NCBI GenBank assembly: GCA_026936335.1
Contig: JAPMXV010000006.1
Coordinates: 1-64,000, forward strand
Length of the DNA: 64,000 nt
DNA from: Mantamonas sphyraenae STR306
Lineage: Eukaryota; Protista; CRuMs
Direction of reading: 5' to 3'
Made by a program: the position numbers and the translations under genes. Under the pieces are notes generated by a model, which was not told the origin of the DNA, did no database searches, and was given only the letters and a program-made list of their open reading frames with translations. Positions 54,425 to 64,000 of the stretch are shown here, in pieces (within the stretch, counting starts at the first letter, position 1; every line of letters begins with the position of its first letter).

Positions 54425-57400
54425 TCACCTGGGGTGATCTGCTTGTTCGTTCCTTTGTGTGCGAACCAAGTCCAGAGTCTCCACTTGCATGCCCACCTCC
54501 GTCTTGCCGTCCCTCATGTCCACCTCCGGCTCCTCTTCCTCCATCATGTCATTCAGATTGACCTCCTCCTCCCCAAGTACGTCCATGCTGCCCTCCTCCT
54601 CACTTTCGCTGTCCACGGGCAGCAGGGAGCTGTCGTCCATGCTGCCCTCCTCCTCACTTTCGCTGTCCGCGGGCATCAGGGAGCTGTTGTCCTTGGTGAT
54701 TTCCTTGATCAGCTCAACCAACCAAACCAGCCGCCACCAATTGATCCCAAGGATGTTTCCTGTGGATTGCAAGTCACGATCCATGATTGCACCACAATTT
54801 GGACACTTGAACGTCCTGGAACCTCCAACTACAGTCACAGAATGGCAGCCGGAGCACGACATGGTGCTGTATCGTTCAGTTGCCCCTGGGGCCAGGAAGC
54901 ATCCGTAGCGTGCTGCGAGCTGCTCAAGGCGTGCGTAGAACCCGGAGTGGTTGCAGTCCAGCAACCGCTTCACTGCGGTGCGGTTCAACACCCGATTGGC
55001 GCCCGATGCTTTTCGTTTTGCCACCATCTGGGCTGTGTGAAGCCGTGGGGCAATGAGGGCAGACGTTTGGTGCACAAGGTAGAAACCAACAAAGTGGTGG
55101 AGGGCGCGCTGGACTCCTTTGCGCCGTCGGCGAACTTGTTGGAGCTGCATCTGCAGCTTGCGCTTTTCCGTCTCGTCGTCTTCGCCAACCGCGGCCAGTT
55201 TGGCCTGGATGCGGGATATCCGGTGGCGCAAGGGTTCCAGCTGCTGATGCGGGTTACTCCCAAGCAGACCCACCTCACCGCGCGTGTACAACGCCGCTGC
55301 AAACCGCTTCGCACCCAAGTCAGCGATGGCGATGTTGTCCAAGTCCAGAGGGCGTTGGGGCTTCCTGTGCACATCCCCGACAAGTGATACGAAGAACCGC
55401 TTTGCCGTGGCGTCAAAGTGCAATCGAACGCCGTGTTTTGGATGCACCTGCGTGTCACACAGCTCGAAAAATCCGGGTCGCCATGCAGCCGCTTGCCTTC
55501 GATTGAGCTGCAAGTTGTCGACGAGGCCTGTTGCCTTGAATAGGGAGATGGAATGGACTCGAGTGTACGACTCGTTGCCCTGTGGCTCACCCAGAAATAG
55601 CTCGACGTTGAGGGCAGGGAGGACAAAGCTCTGCGCGGGTGTGTTCCGATTTCGCGTATGCAATGGTTGGCGGGCGTTTTTTTGGCCTCTGTGTCTGGCC
55701 TCACGCGCAGCCTTGCAGGCGTTGTGGTACTCCTCACACGCCGCCGAGCATGGAGTGAATGGTAGCTCAACCATCCATCCAGGACGGTGCTCACGGACGA
55801 GCTCCGCCAGCGTCTTCTGCGCCGATTTCCCATCGTCCGTCACCATCGTCCCATCGTCGCTAAAAAAGTCGCCGCCGTCTTCGTCGTTGTGATTGCGTTG
55901 CCTCTGCTCGCGGATACGCATAGCAGACAGGATTAGGTTGTCATTGCCCTGTGGCACGTCCGTCCCAGCCTCGTCACATTCCTTCTGTTGACGCTTCAGA
56001 AGTTTCTCCAAATTGCGTCGAGTCCATGAGCTCATCACCAACAGATTCCACGCCCACCTCCAGGCCGCGAACACGCCTTCCAGGAAGCCTCGTTGGGTCC
56101 ATCGATCAGGGTACTCATCGTCGACGCGGAACCCTTCCGTGTTTGCCTGGACAGTGTTGTTTGGGTAGATCTCAACCTTGCGCGACACCATGTCCGCATC
56201 CAGACGGGTCGGGTGCTCGCCCTTCAGCAACAGTTCCACTGCATCTTTGTACCTCCTGCCGTACTTCTTCTTCAAGCCAGCCAGCAGCTCTTTGGTGCGT
56301 TCCCGCGCTCGTTCTTGTTGTTCTTGGGGTGCTTCCGTGAGCGAACGGAGCTCGATTTTCGGTGCTTGGAAAGTCGCTCGGTGAACGGCCCTCCAGCCGG
56401 AAGGATCACGTTTGCGTTGTGGTACGCGCAGCCTGAACGCATTCCGGTGGAGCGAGGACACACCCTCTCCAAAGATCCTGAGATCAGATGTGCGCACGCC
56501 CGTGTTCAGTTTTTCTGGATTGCGCTGATAGAACAACTGCAGGGCATGCCGTGCAGCGTCACTGGCTGTGCTCAATGATTCAAGTTGGTCGAGTAGCTCC
56601 TGCCTTTTGTCCCTGGATGCAGCATTGTCTGCGAGCACACGTGTGAGCGACCCCCCCCCCCCACACACACACAGACACAGACACACACACACACACACAC
56701 GAAACCACTTTGCGGTACCCACCTAACTTCTTCACCCATGCCTGGCTATCTTCTTTGATGGCACTGTCGTCTTCCTCGTCCGCAGCGCTGTTGTCGTCTT
56801 CCTCGTCCGCAGCGCTGTTGTCGTCGATGACGACAACGTCGATCCGTTGTTGGTGTTGTTGGTCAGTGTTGTGTTGCACTTCATGCACCAGTCGAGGGTC
56901 CTCTATCGTTTCAATGTTGGCGAGCACCTCGAATGCATTGTGACATGCAGTTGAGGAAGACGAGGAAGACGAGGAGGAGGAGGAGGAGGAGGACGACGAC
57001 GACGACGACGCCACACGCTTCCTCCTCCTGCGCCTGTGTTCCCGAACGCCTTGCCTCCTCTCACGCTCTACACGCTCCATGTGCTTGCCACGACGCCGAC
57101 TCCTTTGTCCTTCAGGACTAGATCCTGCCCCTGTTCGCCGGTTGGCCCGGTCTCCCTTCGCACGTTTCTTGCCTTTGATGCACACAAAAGAAAGTCCCCG
57201 ATGGAAGTTTTTTGCTGTGTCAGCTCCTCCTTCACCCTCGGCATCTGTTCACGCAACGGTGTACCTATCTCTCGCTCCCCACAAAAGTTCCACGCACAAC
57301 CTACCTTGCCCGGCATCCATGGACCCCGTACTCAGCTGTTTGCCGTGACCCGGCACGTCGACGAGCCTGTTTCTGCGGTAACGCTTCCGCTTGCGTCTCC

Positions 57401-58233
57401 TCCTAGCCAGCTGTCTCGAGAGGATGGCTTCCCGTGTCTCGTTGCTCAGATTTTGACGATCCCACTCGTCCTTGCGGTTCTTTTCTCTCGCCCTCCTCCT
57501 TCGGGGAGCGTGCGAGAACCGTGTGAGCATGGCAGAATCCACGGCTTAAAAACGCAAGGAACTTCCAAGGCGATAGCATACCCTCTCACTACGGCAGGAG
57601 GGCGTCCAAAACCCAGTGGGGTGCGCCCAGATTCATTCTCTTCTGCGTCTCGGTAGAGCGTTTGCTGTTGTCCCCGTTGATCAGCCAAGCTCTTGACTTC
57701 AGCTTCGGTTCGCTCTCTCTTGGCAAACTGCCACTCGTGGCCTCTGCGCAAAGACAGGTACTGGCCTGGGTCAATGTCTACTGGACCCGAGCTGCGAGTT
57801 TTCCTCCGCGAAATGCCGTCACGAGTGCTCATCGTTTGTGGCTTGGAACAGGCGGCGCAGGCAGACCACTCAACTGAGCCGCCCCACCGGCCCATGGGCG
57901 AAGACCTTCGCCGCTACAAACACCACGTACGAACAAGAAGTGGTTCATGGATGGCGGAGGTGCAGATAGATGACACAGACGCTTTTCATCATGGTGCCCG
58001 TCGTCGTGTCTCCGCAAAACGAGGTACTGGCCTGCAAAAAGAAACCCAATCAAGATGAGCGACTTGAATCAGGATTTCGCATGCACAGTATGGGTCACTG
58101 ACACAAAAGAAATTCCATGGGGATGGGGATACAGGATTGATTCATTGATCACCGGAGAAAATGGCCTTCTTGTGAATCTCCTTGCAAAAAGCCGCCGTTG
58201 CAACGAACCAGTTCGCTCAAATGAAAACCCCTG
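54307..58233 (-). mobile_element. Putative non-autonomous or immobilised Fanzor element between Dabb and nicalin; ends tentative
   Basis: Carries the Fanzor gene. Lacks the strong + strand C-skew of the flanks and is AT-richer at 57900-58230. Small hairpins near the upstream end. No clear TIR or TSD. Confidence 0.4.
54425..57895 (-). CDS. Fanzor2-type (IS607 TnpB-derived) RNA-guided endonuclease; exons 57895..57582, 57498..57305, 57244..56723, 56628..54425 (1077 aa)
   Basis: Core begins SRKVEIYP...FAAWRWAWN. RuvC-I IADLG (D at 55319-21). Pro at the canonical RuvC-II position (LIAPRLHTAQMV) with a relocated Glu in TERYST (54875-77). Zn ribbon CSGC...FKCPNC. RuvC-III DRD (54773-75). All three GT-AG introns restore one continuous frame. 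Confidence 0.9.
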
Positions 58234-58292
58234 TAGCTCTCTCCCTCTCCATCAGCCGCCACCCCAATGTGCGTCCCCCTCCCTCTGCCAAT

Positions 58293-58619
58293 TCAGTTTT
58301 CAAAGTCCACCGCGATCAGGTCCGTGCGGTTCGGCCGCAGAAATTGCTCCACCACATCGACGTGGCGTTTGTCAGTTGCGTACGCCTCCAGCGCTTCCTT
58401 GCTCTCCAACTGGATGCTTAGACCCCAATCAAACCCTTGTGCACGGCCAGGATTGTACCCCTGGCCGCATTTGACGTCCAGCACGCCCGGAATCTCTGCC
58501 AACGTCATCACCGCCGCGTTGATTTCTTCCACCGTCTCGTCACTCGTGCCCTCCTTCAGCTTGATGATGACAATGTGTGTCACGCTCTTGCTCGTTTGCT
58601 TGCTCTCGCTTTCGCTCAT
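58293..58619 (-). CDS. Stress-responsive A/B barrel (Dabb) protein
   Basis: VTHIVIIKLK...IPGVLDVKCG...GFDWGLSIQLESKEALEAYATDKRH...VDF. 108 aa. Confidence 0.9.
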   Translation of the reverse strand: MSESESKQTSKSVTHIVIIKLKEGTSDETVEEINAAVMTLAEIPGVLDVKCGQGYNPGRAQGFDWGLSIQLESKEALEAYATDKRHVDVVEQFLRPNRTDLIAVDFEN

Positions 58620-58727
58620 GGGGTGTGTCTGCTTCAGTTGCAGGCGACCGCGACCCTCGTCCCAAACCAAACACACACGCACAGAGGCACACTCCAAATG
58701 TCCCAATTCCACACGCGTGCACGCACC

Positions 58728-61700
58728 ATGACGGTGTCGCTTGCGCTTGTGCTGTACATTCTCGCCGTGTCTCTGTCCACAGCCCCGCTGGCTGGTCATG
58801 CAATGGTTGCCGCGCAGTCCTGCGCGGCAAACTGCACCACAGGCCAGTTCTTTGATTCGGGAGCAAACACTTGCGCTCCCTGTCCCGCAGGATACTAGTA
58901 CGTTCTATTCCCTTCGCTGCCCGTGGCCTCCCGCTTGCCATCACCTCCAAACCCGCCTCCCCGCTTCCCACTCGCGTTTCACCGGCCGATTTTTCGCGCC
59001 ACTCTCCGTCGCCCGCCTCCATGACCTGCATGCCCCTTCACCTGCTTCTCTCTCCCTGCTGCAAAGCTGTCGGTCATGTAGCCGCCGCTCGTGCCTCTGC
59101 CGTGTCTCGTCTCGTCCCCTTTGGCGCTCAACGCGCCTCCCTCGTGACGTCCCTCGTTACGCGCAGCAGCGGTCGCCTGCTCCCCAGCTCTTATCGGCTC
59201 CTGTCGCTTCGTCCGCATTGCTTCCCAGCCCAGCCTATCCGCTCCACACATGTCCCACTCGCCCTGCTGGCCACTCGTGCCTTGTGCCTCTGCATTGCAT
59301 GCGCTGTCGGCCCCATATAGCCGCCAACGCTCTCAGCCGTTTTTCCGCTTCACCCGCAATCAGGGCCATGTCCGTTTTTTCTTTCAACGCCCTCGCACAC
59401 CCACCCAGCCAACCCCCACCTCCTCTCTCACACCCCGCCCTGCATCTATCTTGCCCGTGTGCACCCTCTCCGACCATCCGCCCTCTCCCACACACAGCTG
59501 CAACGACACAACTGGCGCTGCCGTCCCATGCCCTCCGGGCTCCGCGTCGGCCGCCATCGGCGCCACGGCAAGCTCCACTTGCACGCCGTGTGCCTCGGGC
59601 TATTACGCCGCAACCAGCGGCAATGCTGCTTGCAACATCTGCCCTGCAGGCAAGGCCTGTGCCTCCGCTTCCGCCGTCCCTGTCGACTGCGTCGCGCCTC
59701 AGTACGCGCTTGCCGGATCCACCGCCTGCTCGTCCTGTCCCACAGGCTACTATCACACCGCCGTCACAAACAACTGCACCGTCTGCCCTGCTGGCAGCTC
59801 TTGTGCAAACCCAGCCTCCGCACCCACCACGTGCGCTCCGGGTTCCTACTCCGACGGCGGCCAAACTTCCTGTACACAATGCGCGGCCGGTCAGGCTTGC
59901 CCTAACCGCTTCTCCAGCGCAGCCATCACCGTGTGCTCGGCGGGCACCTACTCCACAGGAGGCCAGACCTCCTGCACAAACTGCCCTCTGGCAAACTATT
60001 GCCCGTCCACAACCACTGCCACCGTGATCCCCTGCCCCGCAGGCAACTACTCCACAGGCAACCAAGCCATCTGCACCGCCTGTCAACCAGGCTTTGCATG
60101 TGACCTCAGCGGCATCACCATCGTTGCATGCTCCCCGGGTACCTATTCCACCGGCAGGCAGACCTCCTGCACAACCTGCCCTGCAGGCAGCCAGTGCCCC
60201 TCCGTCTCCTCCGGCCCCGTCGCATGCAACCCGGGCACCTACTCTACGGGCGGCCAGACCTCCTGCACGTCGTGCCCCGCAGGCTCGCAGTGTCTCGACA
60301 CAACCCAGAGCCCTACCGCTTGCCCGGACGGATCCTACTCTCTCGGCGCTCAGAACTGCACCCTCTGCCCAGCCGGCTCTCAGTGCTTTTCCAAGACCGC
60401 AAACCCGGTCCCTTGCTCCTCAGGCTACTACGCCCTCGCTGGCCAGACCTCGTGCACTGCATGCAACAACGGTCTCTACTGCCCGAGCCCCACCGTCAGT
60501 CCGCTTTCCTGCCTTCCGGGCACATACACACCCAACACAGGCAACCACGCATCGTGCACCGCCTGTTCCGACGGCCTCTACCAGCCCTCTGCAGCACAGT
60601 CTTCCTGCATCAACTGCGACGCAGGTCACAGCTGCCTCAACAAGAGCGCTCCGGCCGTCCAGTGCCCTGCTGGAACTTACTCTGCCGCAGGACAGATCGG
60701 CTGCGCACAGTGCCCTTCGGGCACCTACTCCACCGCAGGCTCTCCCACGTGCTCCTCATGCCCCGCAGGCAACCAGTGCCTGGATCCCGCAGCCGCTCCC
60801 TCCGCCTGCCCCGATGGCACCTACTCCATTTCGGGCTCTGCCGGAAACTGCACGGCCTGCCCCATCGGCACCTACTCGTCCCCGCTCAAGGACACTTGCC
60901 TCTCCTGCCCGGCCGGCTTCTACTGCCCCGATCCGGCCACCGGCCCGATTGCTTGTCCCGCTGGCTTCTGGTCCCGCAACGGCACCCAGAGCTCCTGCTA
61001 CGTGTGTCCCGTCGGCCATCAGTGTCCCACCACCTACGACTTGCCCATCCCCTGCACAGCTGGCACCTACTCGCCCCTCGGCGCCACAAACTGCACGGTC
61101 TGCCCCGCAGGTTTCTCCTGCAGCTCGCCAACGCAGTTTCCCGTCGCATGCAACCAGGGCTCCTTTTCTCTGGCCAGTGACCTCATTTGCTACAGCTGCT
61201 ACCCGGGCTTCTCCTGCGTGACAACCACCGAGGCTCCCACCGCCTGCCCTGTCGGCTCCTACTCCCTCGGAGGCACTGCAAACTGCACCCTCTGCCCCGC
61301 CGGCTATGCTTGCCCGTCCACCACCACTGCGCCCGTCGCATGTGGTGTCGGCCAGTACGCTGTCGCAGGCTCGCTCAATTGCACAAACTGCCCCGCCGGA
61401 CACGCATGCCCCAGCACGGGACTCGCTCCCATTGCTTGCACCCCAGGTCGCTACGCCATCGCCTCGCAGACTTCATGCACAAACTGCCCCGCTGGCTCCT
61501 ACTGTAACCCGGCCGACCAGCTGCCCGTCAGCTGCCAGGCTGGCTACTTTAGCGAGCCCGGCGCCACAAACTGCACTGCTTGCCCCGCCGGACACGCTTG
61601 TCCGCTCACCACCACATCGGCCCTCAACGCATGCCCGGCAGGCACCTTTTCCGTCGGCGGCCAGACGTCCTGCACGCCCTGTCCCGCAGGCAAGGCTTGC

Positions 61701-64000
61701 CCTTACACAGACCAGAACTACCAGGTCGACTGCACCAACGGCACCTACTCCCTCGGCTCCGCTGCAAACTGCACAACCTGTCTCGCAGGCTTTGCTTGCC
61801 CCTCTACACAGGGCAACCAGATACTCGAGTGTGCCGCAGGCCAGTACGCAGCCGCAGGCTCCACCGCCTGCTCCGACTGCCCCGTGGGCAGCTACTGCCC
61901 CACTGCACGCACCCCTGCGCCCATCCCGTGTCCCACAGGCTACGTTGCCATCAACACCGCCGCCACAAACTGCACTCTTTGTCCCGCCGGTTCCTTCTGC
62001 CCCAACGGATTCACGCAGAGCTCGTGCGTCGGCGGCTACTACAGCACAGGCGGCGCCTTCAACTGCACTGCCTGCCCCGTCGGCTACGCCTGCCCGTCCA
62101 CCTCGTCCTCCAACCAGCTGCTCTGCACCGCAGGCACCTACTCCACGGGCGTCCAGCAGACCTGCCAGAACTGCCCCGCCGGTTTCTATTGCCCGGACAC
62201 GACCTCCGAGCCTAGGCCCTGCTCGCCTGGGTTCTACTCGCTCGGCGGCGCCACAAACTGCTCCGTCTGCCCCGCAGGCTATCAATGCGCCTTTGCCAAC
62301 GCCCAGCCGCAGCCCTGCCTCACTGGCTTTTACAGCGACCCACAGGCCGTCGTGTGCCAGCCCTGCTCGCCGGGCTACCTCTGCTCCGGCGCCAGCAACA
62401 CACCCACGCCAAGCACCCTGTGCCCGCGTGGCGGCTACTGCTCCTTCGCCTCGCAGTTTACCCAATGCCCTGCAGGCACCTACGGCAACGTCACAGGAGG
62501 CACCTCGGAGAGCCAGGCCTGCACAGCGTGCCCAGCAGGCTACTTTTGCCCGCCCGGCACCGCAGACTATCTCACCAACCCGTGCCCGCCGGGTTTCTAC
62601 TGCCCAGCACAGACGCAGGCTTCCAACGCCTTCCCCTGCGCAGAGGGCACGTACAGCTCCGCCTATAGCATCAGCTCGCAGAGCCAGTGCACAACCTGCC
62701 CGCCCGGACGCTACTGCCCGGCTGCGAGCACAAACGCAAACGCCCTCTGCCCGGCTGGTCACTTTTGCTACGCCTCCACAGGCGACTACCGCCAGACTCC
62801 TTGCCCGCCGGGTCTCTACACGGGCAACGTAGCAGGCCTTCAGTCGCAGGACGGCTGTCTGCCATGCCCTCCCGGTGCCTACTGCACCCAGGGCAGCGTC
62901 GACCCCACCTTGTGTAATCCGGGCACCTACAACCCGGATTTCAACAGCTCACTCAGCGGCAACTGCCTCAGCTGCATTCCGGGCTACGCATGCCCCTATC
63001 CGGGCATGACCAACGTCAACACCACCTGCGCCGAGGGCCACTACTGCCCCGGCGGCACCGTGTTTGCTACCCAGTACCCGTGCCCTCCTCGCACATACAC
63101 AAACGCCACCAACCTCGTCTCATCCGCTCAGTGCACCTTTTGCCCCGAGCGCTTCGCGTGTGGCTTCGGTACAGGCGGCCAGACAAACCCGCCCGCCCCG
63201 TGTGCACCGGGTTACTACTGCCCCAACGGCACGTCGTACACAACAGAGTACCCGTGCCCGCCGGGCACCTACTCGGCAAACTCCATGCTGGCTAGCGCGA
63301 GCGAGTGCGACATCTGCCCCGGCGGTTCCTACTGCCTCGGCGGCGGCTCCAACATCACAGGTCCCTGCGCTGCAGGACACGCCTGTCCGCCGCAGACGCT
63401 CTCGCCCACTCAGTACCCGTGCCCTGGTGGCACGTACAGCAACGCCACAAACCTGGTCAGCACCTCTCAGTGCACAGCCTGCCCCGAGGGCTTTTTCTGC
63501 CCCGCAGGCAGTTCCTCGCCCACCCCGTGCCCCAGCGGTACCTTTGCAAACACCACCGGCGTCGGCAACAACACACAGTGCAGCACATGCACGGCGGGCG
63601 ACTTTTGTGCTCAGGGCTCCATCGTGCCCCAGCCATGTGGAAAGGGCAAGTACACAGTGGCCGGCGACGCCACATGCCGCGACTGCAAGCCTGGCTTCTA
63701 TTGCCCCTTTGACCGCACCTCGGAAGCCCTCATGCTGGCACACCCGTGCATTGCAGGCACGTTCTGCCCAGGCAACATGACCACCCAGCCCGATCTGCTG
63801 AACAACGCATGCTCCGCTGGCGCGTACTGTGTCAACGCAACCACGTCCGAGGTGCCCTGCCCTGCAGGCTCGTACAACCCGCTCACAGGCGGCACCTCCC
63901 TGCAGTCCTGTCTCACCTGCCCCGCAGGCTACTACTGTATCCAGGGCGCCATCAACGCCACCGGCGAGTGTCAGCCAGGCTACTACTGCCCCGCAGGCTC
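58728..64000 (+). CDS. Giant secreted or surface Cys-rich protein of GCC2/GCC3 (ephrin-receptor-like) repeats; intron 58898-59497; truncated by the window end
   Basis: Signal peptide MTVSLALVLYILAVSLS. GTACGT donor and CACAG acceptor join in phase 2. Then ~4.5 kb of open frame made of C-P-A-G-x-Y-(S/C) repeats with many N-x-T sequons. Absent from the ORF track, presumably because it has no stop in the window. Confidence 0.9.

Noticed and set aside
54425-56722. Nuclease as bacterial TnpB/Cas12 contamination
   Set aside because: It has spliceosomal introns, the Fanzor-type relocated Glu and NLS-like segments, sits among eukaryotic genes, and has no cas genes or array nearby.
58222-58235. TA-CAGGGG on the - strand as a Tc1/mariner TIR
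   Set aside because: The other end offers only GT-CAGTG with no TA duplication or extended match. Kept only as a tentative boundary.
57693-58474. Short + strand ORFs as a possible TnpA or transposase
   Set aside because: No serine recombinase (YARVS), HUH or DDE motifs are visible, and they overlap Fanzor exon 1 or Dabb in antisense.
58741-63780. Pro/Ala/Arg-rich ORFs listed by the track across the last 5 kb
   Set aside because: Off-frame or antisense readings of the Cys-repeat gene.

Overview
Left end of a chromosome from a gene-dense, GC-rich unicellular eukaryote. It has (CCCTAA)n telomeric repeats at 1-~170, short GT-AG spliceosomal introns and intergenic gaps that are often under 150 bp. 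The species cannot be identified from the sequence alone. About 24 protein-coding genes are recognisable, including a Patched/NPC1-like SSD protein, STRIP/FAR11, WDR11, an SK/KCNN-type K+ channel, a Clu-TPR protein, DAP1, a bacterial-type NamZ muramidase, an SLC43-like MFS transporter, a WW/FF protein, fimbrin, SCAPER, a FAM13-like RhoGAP, C10/C12orf57, RPB10, nicalin, Dabb and a giant Cys-rich surface protein that runs off the window. The strongest find is a Fanzor2-type (IS607-TnpB-derived) RNA-guided nuclease gene at 54425-57895 (-). It has an apparently intact rearranged RuvC triad, three frame-consistent spliceosomal introns, a ~490-aa basic N-terminal extension and an acidic tail. A hairpin-rich candidate omegaRNA lies just downstream, and no transposase is visible. 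Two other unusual genes stand out: a ~2800-aa secreted polycationic protein with five VWD-like repeats and a protamine-like tail, head-to-head with NamZ, and a telomere-adjacent gene built from four copies of an unrecognised domain. Several genes carry single-base frameshifts at homopolymer runs, probably assembly errors. All family calls come from motif recognition, not database searches.
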